Assembly (NCBI RefSeq): GCF_964194025.1
Contig: NC_134470.1
Span: 23,064,001 to 23,128,000 of the forward strand
From: Convolutriloba macropyga
Taxonomy: Eukaryota
DNA: 64,000 nt
Direction of reading: 5' to 3'
Under the pieces are notes generated by a model. It saw only the letters and a program-made list of their open reading frames with translations, was not told the DNA's origin and searched no databases. The translations under genes were made by a program, and so were the position numbers. Below are positions 27,641 to 41,342 of the stretch, one piece after another. Position 1 is the stretch's first letter, and each line of letters opens with the position of its first letter.

Positions 27641-28989
27641 GTTTTTTAGCATTCGAGTACATTAAAAATAACTAGAACACTCAAAAAGCTCGGAAAGGTA
27701 AGGAACAATATAGCGGTAGCTTAAGGGCGTAGCTAAGTCATGGCCCCAAAGGTAACAGAACCGAACCAAACATCAGTCACACGAAAACTGAAAAGCAAGC
27801 GTCAGCAAAGGTTAGTATTCAACCAAAAGGCGTCAAAGAACCATCAAAGCTGAAAACATCAAAATATAAACCATCCATCTTGAGAATCAACAGTTTTCAT
27901 GCTGAAAATTAACAAGAACACAACGACCAACCTGCAAGCTAGTATAATCAACATACTACAGCACGACTGAATCATACTTCATCACATTAATCAAAGTTCC
28001 ACATCGCAAGCAGAAAAAAACGCTGAGCATCACAACACAGTACGCTATGATACGAAAAAAACGGGAGATTTTGCGAAAGCGAATTTAGTGAAAAAGGAAG
28101 TAAAACTGGAAAAATGCCAGTAAAAACACGCAAACGATACAGAATGAAATTGAACGACATTGAACGACATTATGAGTTATAGCAAAAATTTCTGTGCACA
28201 TTCTTTTCACACCTCTTATTCTTCAACTGCTCTGAGTTTCACTCAATTAATGGACATTTGGTTTTACGAATTGATCATGATAGATTTGTTACCATTATAT
28301 TCCTTTGCTCTTTTTGGTGAATTCCTAAGAAATCTTTTCCCAACCGGTTCGGGAGAAGCGTTTTTTAGCGTTCGAATACATAAAAAGAGGAGGACCACAG
28401 GCTTAGTTATAAAGTGAGCAAAGTAAAAAATAGAAATGAATCACAATATCATCTTCGTAATGATTCAGACCCACAAATGCATAAGTAGCCGTAATTTGCA
28501 GTGCAATTTTCACTCCTAAGAAATCTATTCCGGTATGGTTGAAACGTTTTTAAGCGTTCGAATAAAAAAAAGGAGGACCATAGGCTTAGTTATAAAGTAA
28601 GCATAGTAAAAAATTAGGACTGGAATTTCTCAAAAACTACGTTTTTTTGCAATATGAAACAACCTATTCGTGTAAACACGGAAAAATTGTGGCGAAAATG
28701 AAAACCGAGTCTACATGAGTTAGTTGCCGCTTCATCGAGTGTCACAAGAGGCCGGTTGATATGTGTGTCAGATTGATTTTGCTTATCATTATTAATAAAA
28801 GTTGCGGAACCAATTACATCTAAATATATTAAGACCAGTCTTCCGATTGGGTTTCAGTTTAATCTTTTTTGTTAATATGCACTTAAGCTATATAATAACA
28901 AAACTTAACATGAGACCGTCGCAGTATTTTTGTTCAAGTACTATGTGCTTTTTAGACTGCAAAGCTTGATGCCAGTTTAAGTAGTTTAA

Positions 28990-30050
28990 CGATTATCAGT
29001 CCACTTTTGGTTCCTGAGGTCCATGCCGCTCACTATCATGATCATAGTTGTAAAAAATCTAAAAATTACAAAATCTAAACGCGCTTTTTTGATGAGTTTA
29101 AAGATTGGTGTCATAATTTTTGCCTTTTTACGAGAATTTATGATTGAATTATATATTCGATTATCGTTTGCTAACAAACAGACAATTTTTTCTCGATTTT
29201 TCTTTGGAACAACTAACGTCTTTTCACTTAGTAGCAACATCTTTTTTATACAGTAATCACAAAGAATGAAGTCAGATTGTTGAACTAGATTTGACTAGAT
29301 GCAAAACTTTTTACAGCAATTTTGATTTTACAATGACAAAAACAATGGTCAATTGGAAATTGAACAGGACTTTGTCAAGAAACAGACTTCTATATAAACA
29401 TTCGAAAATTTTGCACTTTTTAATTACCCAGCTTCAGAAACTGTGATCTTCCCTGTTTGTGCTCCTCATTTCGATATGCACCAGTTACAGAGCACGTGTC
29501 ATTTTAAGAAAAGTCATATTGAATAAATATTGCTAATACTTATGGGGCATGCAAAAAGCATGCACCCACTAAGTTGGGGTTGGGCACTAAAAAATCCTCG
29601 TCGTTCAATTGTTGCCAGCGGAATCTCATGTTTACGCTGTTGCGGTTGTTAGGTTTGAACTTTCCTTCAAGTGGCCATGATGATGAATTACTTCTCATAT
29701 GATATCTCGGTGAAGAATTGTATCAATGTATCAATGTAGCTTCCAGTCCTATGGAGTAATTCAATGTTGTTCCTTTTTAATTCAGCCAGCAGCTGCTCGA
29801 AAACAAGATAAATTGAATTTGGTTCCTCGGTTTCAACAACCAATCCCAGCAGATCGGCGTTTTTCCGATCAATTTGTCGATGGCGCCTTTTCTTTTTGAA
29901 ATCAAGAATTCAACTTTAACTCTCCCTTATTGTTAATCTATGGCAGTGATATCTTTGTGGATGTTATTTAAATTTGATTCAAGATAAGATCTTGTTTGAT
30001 AAAAATTCTTCTATTTATCTTGCTGCTCCATCGGGATATTGAAATGCATG
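28990..30050 (-). pseudogene. Decayed ORF-like segment of unknown protein (array module; paralogue at 34030-35070)
   Basis: Minus-strand translations of two diverged copies align: RSYLESxxxNIHKDIT..RVKVExLISK..LLGLV(V/I)ETEE..SIYxVxEQLLAEL...TG..IDTLIQ...QLSGCxLFAxPISI. Stops and frameshifts are present. No family recognised. Confidence 0.45.
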
Positions 30051-33000
30051 TCTTCTCAGGATATGGTTACAAACAGACACACTGGATTAGGGTTTCACCA
30101 AACCCAATTGGGGACCACCTGACAACCAAACCAAGGAAGAGCAGGAAAGTGTTTGCTGAGTAGCACAGTGCGCGACAAAGGTAAGTAACAAAAGGGAGAG
30201 CATCTAACGTGAGTTTAAACAGGCAACCGCAAAAAGAGGCCTCAAAAAAGACGCAAGAGGGCCAGAACCAAGAAACAGACGAGTCGGGAACGCAGGACAA
30301 AAAGCGGGTGACAAAAGTTAAATCAAATATAGTACGGAAATGCGTGCTGAAACACAACAAAACGGGAAAGAAAATGGTGGGTCGCAAACACCGGGTGTAT
30401 GAAGTGCAACGATATAAAAAATTGATACAAAAGGAAGCGAAAACTGGCAAATGACTTGCAAAATTTATATGATATGTATAATTGCACTGGAAAACTCAAA
30501 AAATCCGGGAAAGTTAGAAACTCTCTAATGGTAACTTCAGAACAACTCTAGGCCATAGCCAAGACGACAGAAGAACCAAACCAACTAACAGTCATACAAT
30601 AACTCAACAAAATGTGGCAGCAAAAAATTATTATACAATCATAGAGTATCAGTGAACAGTGAAATCGAAAACATCAAGGAACAAACCAACCAAATGGTTT
30701 GTCAACTATTTCACATCCTAAAAACTTCCAAGACTAGAGCGACCAACGAGAAAACTAATGCAGCAAAAATTGAATTATACCCCCATCACCTTAAGCAACG
30801 TACCACGCGCAATGAAGGTAAGCAACAGAAGCGAGAGCATCAACCTTGCCTCTGTGTAGCGCAAAATTGAACATTAACCGGAATAAAGGACCCGCGAAAG
30901 ACGCAAGACGGAACGGAAAAACCAATGCACGAGGCTGATTAGCAGGAGAAATTTTGGGCGACAAAATTAAAAACCAAATTTGTAGAACGGAAAGGCGACT
31001 ACTGAACGACGCACGACAAATTGGGAAACGAAGCGGACGGTTCGGAAACCCCGGGCATACGAAGTGCAAGAAACGAGAAACGATAAAGACGAGACAGCCG
31101 TTTAAGCTGTTTCGACCCAGAATGAAGTGAAAAAATATAACTGAAGCCAAAATATGAATGTGTCGTGGCTGCATAATATAGCAAAGAGGAAAACTGTGGT
31201 ATACACCAATGCACTAGAACACTCAAAAAGCTCAAAAAGTTAATAAACACTCTAGCGGTAACAGAGCTAAATCATGGCCCCAACGAAAACAGAACCAAAC
31301 CAAACAACAGTCACACGATAACTCACGAGCAAGCGGCAGCAAAAAAATAATGTACTACCAAAAAGCATCAAAGAACTATCAAAGTTGAAAACATAAAAAT
31401 ACAAAACATACAACTTGTAAGTGTACAAATTTACATCTTGAAAATTAATCAGACCACAACGACCAAACTGCAAGCTAGCATAATGACAAACTGCAGCAAC
31501 ATTGAATCATACTTCACATTAATCAACGTACTAAATCGCAAGCAGAAAAAAACGTGGAGTAAAAGAACACAGACAGTAAAAGTTGCCAAACAATAAGAAA
31601 CGGAACAAACAGGAAACTTCGGGAGAGCAAATTTAGTGAAGAAGAAAGCAGAAATGCTTTTTGCTATTTCAAGATTACCTAACAAATTTCAAGTAAATAT
31701 GCTGTTTTAAGTTTTAAAAAACAGTTTTCTATTTTTTTATTGACTCTCCAACTTTTTCAAGTTGCATCGAAATTGAGAAAAACTTTCATAACTTAACAAT
31801 TTACTATCATATCCCATCATTCAATTCAAACCATAGCTTAGGAAGTGCTCTAGAACCAAAGTGGAGCAACTGGTTCAATTTTTCTAGAAAAGTGCGACAA
31901 TGTTCAAATTTGATATTTTTTGTCTGGAATTTTCCAATTTGATTTTTTGAAGACTGGTATGCAAAAACAAATCAATTGTAATCTCTTTATAAAGTTTAAC
32001 TCTTTAAAGAGGATGGTTTTATTGGCGTCTAATTTTAAAACAATTTACTGCAATAGTTTTGTGCAAGTCCGAAATGCAGTGTAATGTGTTGGTTTTCTGT
32101 TACTGCTTCCGCTGTTGCTCTTAAAGTCTTTCAGAAAAAAATTGGAGGAAAACAACATAGAACAAAACAATCAGATACTAAACAAACGGCAGACTTTGAG
32201 AAAGCAAAATTAGTGAAAACGAAAGTAGAAAAGCGATTAAATTAAAAAAAACATGCAGACGGTACGGAACGAAATCGAGAGACGAAATTTTTTGTTGCAA
32301 AAATTTTGTGCAAGCAGGAGTTCTTATGACTTCTTTTACGCTTCTTCTTTCCAAGTGTTTTGAGTTTACTCAATTACAAATGTTCAATTTTAAAATATGA
32401 TCCTGACACTTTTGTCATAATAATACTCAAGTTTCTTTTTAATTTTGGTCAATTGCTTGCTGATTCGTAATTACCTAAAACATTTCAAGAAAAGTTTTAG
32501 GTTTTAAAAGTTTTGAAAGTTTGTTAGGTTTTTATATTCGTTATTGGTTCTTTTTTTTTGCAACAAAAATGAGAAAAAAATTTTCGTAACAGAAGATTTT
32601 GTATCGTATCTTCTCATTTCTTCCAATGTTTTGCTATATAATTAAAATGGAGCGAATGATCCAAACTTCCTAGAAGAAATGGTCAAAGTTTTAAAAACTG
32701 ATGTTTTTTTACTGAAATTCTCCATTTGGGGGTTTTGGTGACCGCTATGCTATCAATAAATCAATTGTAAAATGTTTGGAAAATTTAACCCTTTAACATG
32801 GATGGGTTATTGGCGTCTAAATCTAAAGAAATTTATTCCAAGTAAATTGCTCCAAGTTCACAAGGCAAAGCAATGTTTTTTTCCGCTACTGCTCTGCTGT
32901 TGTTTTTAAAAAATTGTTCCAAAAATGGGGCAGACCATTGTATGGTTTCAATTGATCAATGATCAAGGCATCAGAGCGTTTTCAGGTACCATAACATCAC

Positions 33001-36000
33001 TTCGTAATGTTCCAGACCCACAAATGCATCAGTAGTTGTCTTTTCCAGTTCAATTGTCATTCTTGAGAGATCTCGTTCCATCCGGTACCGCGTTTTTTAG
33101 CGTTCGATTACAGAACGATAAGGAGGATCGTAGGGCTTGTTATAAAGTAATCATAGTACAGAAGTATGACTGAAAATCCTCAAAATAATTTGTTTTTGCA
33201 AGAGGAAACAACTGGTTCTTTTAATCACGGAAAACAATTGTGGCGGTAACGAGAGGAGAGTCAATATGAGTTAGTTGCCGCTTTATTGAGTGTCACAAGG
33301 GGCCGTTTAATATGTTTGGCAGTTCGATAAAGCTAATCACAAATAACAAGAGTTGTGGAACCAAAAAGTAAAACCGGTCTTCCGATAGGGTAACAACTTA
33401 ATCTTTTTTGTCATTATGCGCTTATACTAGACGTATAAGAACAATTTAGCCGGAGACCATCACAGTGTTTTTACTAAAGTACGAAGTGCTTTTTGATCTG
33501 TTTAAGGAGTTTATAGATCAGGGCATCGGAGCAGTATCATCTTCGTAATGAACCAGACCCACAAATTCATCAGTGGTTGTCTTTTCCAGTGCCATTCTCA
33601 TTCCTAAGACATCTTTTTCCAACCGGTACGGGAGAAGTTTTTTTTTAAAATTCGAAAACAAAAAAGGCGGACTATAGGCTTAGTTATAAAGTGAGCATAG
33701 TAAAGAAGTAGGACTGATATTTCTAAAAAATTACTTAATTTTTTGCAAGAGGAAACAACCTATTCGTGTAAACACGGACCAAATTGTGGCGAAAATGAAA
33801 ACTGGATCAACATGAGTTAGTTGCCGCTTCATCGAGTGTCACAAAGGGCCGTTTAATATGTTTGTCAGATCGGTATTGCTAATCACTAATAGCAAGAGTT
33901 GTGGAAACACTTATATCTCAAAATTTTAAAAACAGTCCTCCGATTTGAACTTAACATGAGACCGTCGCAGTGTTTTCATTCAATAACGATGTGCTTTTTA
34001 GACTGCAAAGCTTGATGCTTGTCTAATGAATTCAACTATTGTCAGTCCACTTTGGTACCCGAGATCTATTCCCCTCACTTTCAAGTTCAATGTTGTAAAA
34101 GAAATAAAATATTACAGAGTCTAAACAGGCCATATTTGATTAGTTTAAAATTTGGATATTTCGTAGTCATGTTTATTGCACTTTCTAGTAGAATTTATGC
34201 TTATTTTAGATATTCGATTCTAATTGGTTGACAAAAAGTCAAGTTTTATCGTTTTTTTAGAAACAGCGAACGCTATTTACTTAGTAGCAACGTCCTATGT
34301 ATACATTAAACACAAAGAATCAAGTCATTCTGTTGATATTTCACTAGATGCAGCACAGATTCTACGAGATTCTACACCGGCTATAACATTTGTCAGTTGG
34401 GAATTGAACAAGACTTCTATTGCAAAATACGTCACTTTAGTTACTCAGATTCAAAAAATAGGATCTTCTTTTTTGTGCCCCCAGTTTGATATGCACCAGT
34501 TAAAGCACGTGCCATTTCCAGAAAAATCATTCATGAATAAATATGGGTAATGCTTATGGGGAATGCAAATAGTATGCACCCACTAAGCTGGGATGGCATT
34601 ACAAGAAAATCCTTGGCGTTCTTTTTTTGCCACCCGAATCTCCCGTCTACGCTGGATGCACAAAAATGCCGTTGTATTCTTGAACTTCTTTTCGAGCGGC
34701 CATGAAGATAGAAGTTTTTATCATACCTTATCGTGGACATCAATTGTATCAATGTATCAATGCATCTTCCAGTCACATTGAGTGACGTAATGTTTTTCTT
34801 ATTTAATTCAGCCAACAATTGCTCAAGAACAAAATAAATTGAATCAAGTTCCTCGGTTTCAATGACCAATCCAAGCAGTTTGTCATCCTTCTGCTCAAAT
34901 TACCGAAGTCACGTTTTAGCTTAGAAATCAAGTATTCAACTTTAACCCTCCCTTATTGGCGATCTCTGTGTTGATGTCATTAGTGATGTCTTTGTGGATG
35001 TTACCAAAATCTGACTCAAGATAAGATCTTACATTATAAAATCTCTTCAATATATCTGGCTGCTCGACAGTGATATAGGGTTACGAACAGACACATAAAA
35101 TTAGGGTTTTACCAAAACCAAATGGAGATCACCTGACAATCAAGCCGCAGAGGAAGATCAGGAGAGATTTCACCCAGTAGCACAGTAGGGCATCGTAACA
35201 AGTCTAAGCAACAGAAAGGAGGGCATCTAACGTGCGGGTATGCAGCTGAAACTATGGTTTGAGACAAGCCGCAAAAAAAGGCACAAAAAACAACGCAAGA
35301 TTGAACAAAAAAAATACGAGGCGCAAACGCAGGACAACAATTCGGCGGCAAAATTGAAAACCATGCGGTCAGAATGAAAACGCGGTCTGAACAACGCAAG
35401 ACTATTTGGCAAACAGCTATGACGGGTCTGACAAAACGGGTGCACAAAGCGTTACAAAACGAGAAACGATTTAGAAACAGCCGCTTTATCTAAATCACTG
35501 TCCAGAATTAAATGAAGGAAAACCAACTGAAGCAAGAACTGGCAGATAACATGGCTGCATGTGAAAGCAGAGAACAAAATATGATATACACCAATGCATC
35601 AGAACATTAAAAAAGTGGTCAAGTTAGTAAATACTTCAGAACAGAGATGGTTAAAAAAACTTCAGAATATAGCTAACTCATAGCCAGACGGCAACAGAAT
35701 CAAACCAACTCATAATCATACAATAACTCCTCCTTATAGCCAATGTACATGCCGTCAGTGATGTTTTTGTGGATGTTATTTAAATTGAACTCGATGTAGG
35801 ATTTTGCATTACAGAGTCTCTTCTGTTTATCTTGCTGCTCGGCCGGGATAGTAAAAATGGCCGAACCCTAAGGGCAAGGTATTTACAAACAGAACCACAA
35901 GGTTAGAGCTTACAGAACCCAAATGGAGAACACTGGGCAACCAAGCCTAGAAAGAGCGGAAAAGAGGTGACCCTGTAGCTTAGTGCAAGGCAATTACAAG

Positions 36001-38229
36001 TAAACGAAGTAACATGCAGCGAAAAGATGAACGTTGAAACAGACAAAGCGAAAAAGAGGGCCGCGCAAACAAGTGAAGACAAGACGAAAAAAAACAAACG
36101 AGGCGGGAACGCAGGAGAAATATCAGACGACAAAATTGAAAGCCAAACGAACAGAAAGAAAACGTGGCCTGAACGTCGCACAGCTTTTCGGGAAACAAAA
36201 CGGACTAATCGGAATCATTGCGCGCACGAAAAGCAACAAAGAGAGAAATAATGATGACGAAATGGCCGCTTTAACTAAGGCATGCCCCAGAATGAGGTGA
36301 GAGAAAGACAACTGAAGCAAAAACTGGCAGATGAATTGGCTACATGTGATAGCAAAGAAAAAAAATGTGATACAAACCAATGCACTACAACACTCAAAAA
36401 TCTCTAGAGGAGAAAGAGGAAACGCTGTAACGGGGACTCCAGAACAAAGCTAAGTCATGGCCCCAACGGAAACAGAGCCAAAACAACCAACAGCCATACG
36501 ATAACTCAACAGCATGCGGTAGCAAATATTTAGTATACTACCAAGGGGTATAAGTGAACTATTAAAGTCGAAAATATCAAAAAACGGACCAGCCAACTTG
36601 TGACAAGATTGAATCATATTCCATCACTTATAATCAATGAACTACATCGCAAGCAGAAAAAAATTGGAGCAAAACAACATAGAACAAAACAATCAGATAC
36701 TAAACAAACGGCAGACTTTGACAGAGCAAAATTAGTGAAAACGAAGGTAGAAAAGCGATTAAATTAAAAAAACATGCAGAGAGTACGGAACAAAATCGAG
36801 AGACGAAATTTTTTGTTGCAAAAATTTTGTGCAAGCAGGAGTTCGCATGACTTTTTTACGCCTCTTCTTTCCAAGTGTTTTGAGTTTCACTCAATTAACA
36901 AATGTTCAATTTTTAAAATTGATCCTGACACATTTGTCTTAATAATACACAAGTTTTTTTTAATTTTGGTCAATTGCTTGCTGATTCGTAATTACCTAAC
37001 AGATTTCAAGAAAAATTTCGGATTTAGGTTTTAAAAGTTTTGAAAGTTTGTTAGGTTTTTATATTCGTTATTGATTCTTTTTTTAAGTTGCAACAAAAAT
37101 GAGAAAAAAATTTTCGTAACTGATGATTTTTGTATCGTATCTTCTCATTTCTTCCAATGTTTTGCTATATAATTAAAATAGAGCGACTGGATTAAACTTC
37201 CTAGAAACCGGCCAAAGTTTTAAAAATTGATATTTTTTACTGAAGTTTTCCATTTGGGGTTTTCGGTGACCGATATGCTATCAATAAATCAATTGTAAAA
37301 TCTTTGGAAAATTTAACCCTTTAACATGGATGGTTTATTGGCGTCTAAATCTAAAGAAATTTAGTGCAAATAAAATTATTCCAAGTTCACAAGGCAAAGC
37401 AATGTTATTGCCGTTACTGCTCTGCTGTTGCTCTTAAATTTTTTTTCCAAAAATGGGACAGACCATTGTATGTTTTCATTGTATGAAATTCTGACGAGGG
37501 CATCATTCTACGATCAGGGCATCAGAATTTTTTCAGGAATCAGAGCATCATTTTTTTGTGTTCCAGAACCAAAAACGCATAAGTAGTCGTCTTTTCTACT
37601 CTAAATCTCATTCCTAAGAAATCTCATTCCACCGGTACCGGAGAAACGTATTTTAGCATTCGAGTAGAGAACAAAAATGAGGACCATAGGCCTAGTTATA
37701 GCGTGAGCATAGTACATAAATGGGAGTAATTTCATCAAAAATTGCGTATTTTTGCAAGAGGAAACAATTAGTCTCGCAAACACGGAACAAAATCTAGCGG
37801 TACCGAAAACCGAGTCGGTATTGAGTTAGTTGCCGCTTCATCGAATGCCACAACGGGCCCTTTAATATGATTGTCAGATTGACAATGCTAATGACTAATA
37901 AGAAAGGGTTGCGGAACCAACTGTATCTGAAAATATTAAAAGCAGTCTTCAGATTAAGTTTCAACTTAATCTTTGCTGTCACACTGCACTTAAGGAACTT
38001 AACTGTTATCAGTCTGTTTTTGGTACATGAGATCCCTTTCGCTCACTATCATTCTCAAAATTGTGCAAGGAACCGAAGAACACCAAATCTGAGCACGTCT
38101 TTTTTGATTTTTATTAGTTTAAAGATTTCATTCTTTTGCAGTTATGTTATGCACACTTTTTCAAGAGTTTATGCGTGTTTTAGGTACTCGATTCTGATGG
38201 CTAACAACAAGACGCTTTTTTCTGGCTTA

Positions 38230-39250
38230 TACTATAGAAACAGCGATTAAAAATTCATGAAAACCGCCACATTATCACTCCAATCAATAACTAACAACAA
38301 TCGCTATCCTACATATTGGAAAATAAGTCAAATAGGACGGAAACAAATCGGATGTGCTTTGCTATCAACACATAAGTCCTCTAATTTGTAAATTCAGAAA
38401 TCTTGTGAAAATTACCGGTGATAAAGTTCATGACTTTGTAAGAAACAATTTCTGTCGCAATTTTTTTGCTTTTCGAAATAGCCGATTGGCAATTTTAATG
38501 CGATTTCTCTATCTGAATACTGTTTATAAAATGAATCAGTCAATGACCACAGTAGACTTCTTTTCTTCATAACTTTTATCAGTGAATTGCCTGAACATCT
38601 TAGCGATGTAGTTTGTTTTGGTTTTACTAATTATAAAAAACTAATAAATGAGAAGCAATATAATACAGAAACTACAACCAAAGTTGGCAACTCGGTGTAA
38701 AATAACCAAATGAGACCTAGTTATATCAACCTCACTCCTAAAATACAAAGGATTTATAACGGCGTTTTTTGATCTCCATCTGCCAGACCAAGTGAAAAAT
38801 TAGTTCATCCTTGCAAGGGAAGTTTCAGCAAATCTTTTTAAAATGGAAACCGCTCATTCCGGAAACGAAAAAGAATTAGATGTACTTTTCGTTTTCAAAG
38901 GAAACATTTCACAAAAGTGTCAACTAAAATCAAAACTAAACACTTAAATATCATACGTTGTACCGACAATTACCTACTGCTATTGGGCATGGTTACCAAA
39001 CAACTCGCAAAATTTTTTAAAAAATTTAAAAATTGCGACAAAATGCTACAACATGGATTTAACTTGAAAAAGGGAACTATAGACAACTACTTTTAACAAT
39101 AAAACTACTCCGGCTCAGTCACTAATTTGAAATCCATGACTTAATGAACCGTATTGATTTGAAGGAAAGCAAATATGACGTCCAACTGTCAACCCTTGAA
39201 TATATTTAAGATTGTACGACCCGCCAACATTGCAAAAGAGAGATATAGGC
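38230..39250 (+). mobile_element. Fragments of CR1/L2-type LINE RT
   Basis: YPTYWKISQI..GNKSDVLCYQHISPL (WKxAxVxP..NYRPISLL-like) at ~38290-38390; FVFKGNISQKC..SYVVPTITYCYWAWLP (LINE C-terminal) at ~38880-39000. Confidence 0.65.
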
Positions 39251-39479
39251 AAAAATCTACTAGTAAGTAATAACAAATAATTTTTCCTCCGAACAAAAAT
39301 TCTGGACATGAATTGAGTGGAGGCTTGGACTCATTGAAAAAACATGGCCTAGCTTTACGTTACAATCTTAAAAGAAAAAATGTCACAGATATTCAAAAAC
39401 CACCAATTGTTTGCGGATTGTTAACGAAGTAAAAATTAATCTAAAAACGTTGGTCGGCATAAAAAAGAAATTATTACAT

Positions 39480-41245
39480 GAAGTTCTCTAACTCGCCAGA
39501 TCAGTAGAAGTCAACATTCCTGCTTTGTCTGTCTTCAACATAGATCAATAAACGAAGTGGGACAATTAATGTTTCTCGATCCAAATCTCTGAACGATATT
39601 GTGAGCAGAACTATAATAAAACCCTCTGTTGACGAAACGTTTGACAAAGACATTTCAAATTTCAAAACAATTCGAATTTTTATTGAAGAGGCGAAAAGTG
39701 TTGTTCCTGACATAACTGATAAAAATGACGAAAAAGTTTGTGATTGAAGTCTTAAGTGATAGAGTACCCCGCAAAGCAAATTTCAGTTACTATTTTGGCA
39801 ATAACCGTTCAAACGAATTGCAATACCATCAACCCGTGATTGAAAATTCCATGCCTCATTGAAAAATTTGCTATAAAGACGCAGATAAATCATGGTATTT
39901 CCGATTTTAATTCCAACAATTAGAGGAGGCTTGCGGCATCATCAATGCATCCTGAACTGGTTTATGCAAATCTTTAGCCAAACTAACAATTTGCTGATCA
40001 ACTTCACATTTTGCCTTCCTTCTTCCGTACAATGCATGTCGGTTAGTAGTTCTTAATAAAATTTCCGGTGTACGATCGCTAGTAATTAGGGATGTCTTAA
40101 AAAGAAAAATTGGCAGAAATCTTGTAGTGTGTTAATCTAAAACAAAGAATAATAGGTAGCAATCGACAACTACGCAAACGGTGGTAATTTAGTCGGCTCA
40201 CTTGATAACCTAAAAATTTTAATTAATCGCTGAAAGAACGTAGTGATGGTGTTGGTTATCTTTTTAGAAAGTTCCATTTCATAAAAAGAGGACATCTCCC
40301 TAAAAAGTATGTGTAATGGTCTTAATGGGACAAAAAAAGTTTGCATGGAGATCATTAACACAGCAGAAATCTTTATAAAAATGCTAACTCTTCATTCAAA
40401 TGTTTCACATGAAAATGTTTATGAACCTTTCAATTCATCAGTTCAGCATATATTGACTTCTCTAGCAAATAAAATCCCCTAATATCGAAGAGTTTTTGAA
40501 AAAATGATAGAAATCAATCAACGTTAAGCTATCCACGAATCCCATCTACAATAAAAAAAAACTGGAGTACATTTTTACTACCTCTGAGGGAAAGCGGCCT
40601 AAACATCTCTCAGTCCGAAGACCGTTTTAATGGACACGAAAAATTAGTATGACTTCAAAATCCTTTACTCTTAACCCAGCCTGGTCAGGAGCAAAAACAA
40701 ACCAATTAGGAAGAAAAAAGACAAATTAGCTGGAGACCAAAAAGTACGACAACTATGAGCCAGTTGAATAAGAACGAGGATAGTTCAGTTGACTTATCCA
40801 CTGAAAAAGAGCATCAAGCTCGTAATGATGCCCTTTTTCAGTGGAATGCAATAATGTTGAAGCGATATCATTTTGACCTAAGTAAAGGAGTGTTTGGCGT
40901 TGACATTGATTTTCGCTGTTGTTGTGAACGGTTAAAAATGCCTTCATTATGCGTATGTAATGGAAGTTTCACGGATTCATTATGCCCACCAATTTCCTAA
41001 GAGAGGATAACGCACATTAGATGTAACTAACTTCGCAATTCCTTTGTGACTTTGTTAAATAATGTCTGTTTTGATAATGAGAGCAAACCTCATCTCCATC
41101 TGTTACAGGGGGAAGCCTTTGCTTTTAAATCAACCAGAGCTGATGAAAACTAAACAATTCGACTTCGGAATTATATATACAACTGAAAAGAACAAGAAAA
41201 GAAGCTTTGATTTAATTAAATATCTAGTATATACAAGCAGTTGAG
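39480..41245 (+). mobile_element. Decayed CRE-like non-LTR retrotransposon (RT + CCHC + RLE region)
   Basis: NHGISDFNSNN*RR (HGPSGLD..WRR-like); YNACRLVVLNKISGVRSLVIRDVLKRKIGR (RT start); YANGGNLVGSLDNL (decayed YADD); LLPLRESGLNI; LKRYHFDLSK..KMPSLCVCNGSF..THIRCN*LRNSF..PHLHLLQGEAF (zinc knuckle/RHN region). Confidence 0.8.
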
Positions 41246-41342
41246 TAATCAGTCGATCGGCCTAAAGAAGAAAAATTTCAGATTTTGAGCACAAAAAAAA
41301 GGATTCTGGGCTCTGTCAATTTTCGATAATAACTAGAATCAA

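Larger units (their letters stand above)
5380..38250. repeat. Large degenerate modular tandem array (~2.4-kb units at 6.85-17.4 kb, permuted and deleted units further right)
   Basis: Recurrent anchors: TGCACTGAAAA at ~6857, ~9260, ~11734; GACTCAAGATAAG; GGCTGCAYATGATAGC; CACCTCTTCTT; TGATCCTGACAGATTTGTCAC; CTTCATCGAGTGTCACAAA. The ORF track shows repeated peptides (e.g. LHNLPKVSFSVKINHSIS at 9234, 11723, 14938). Confidence 0.92.
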
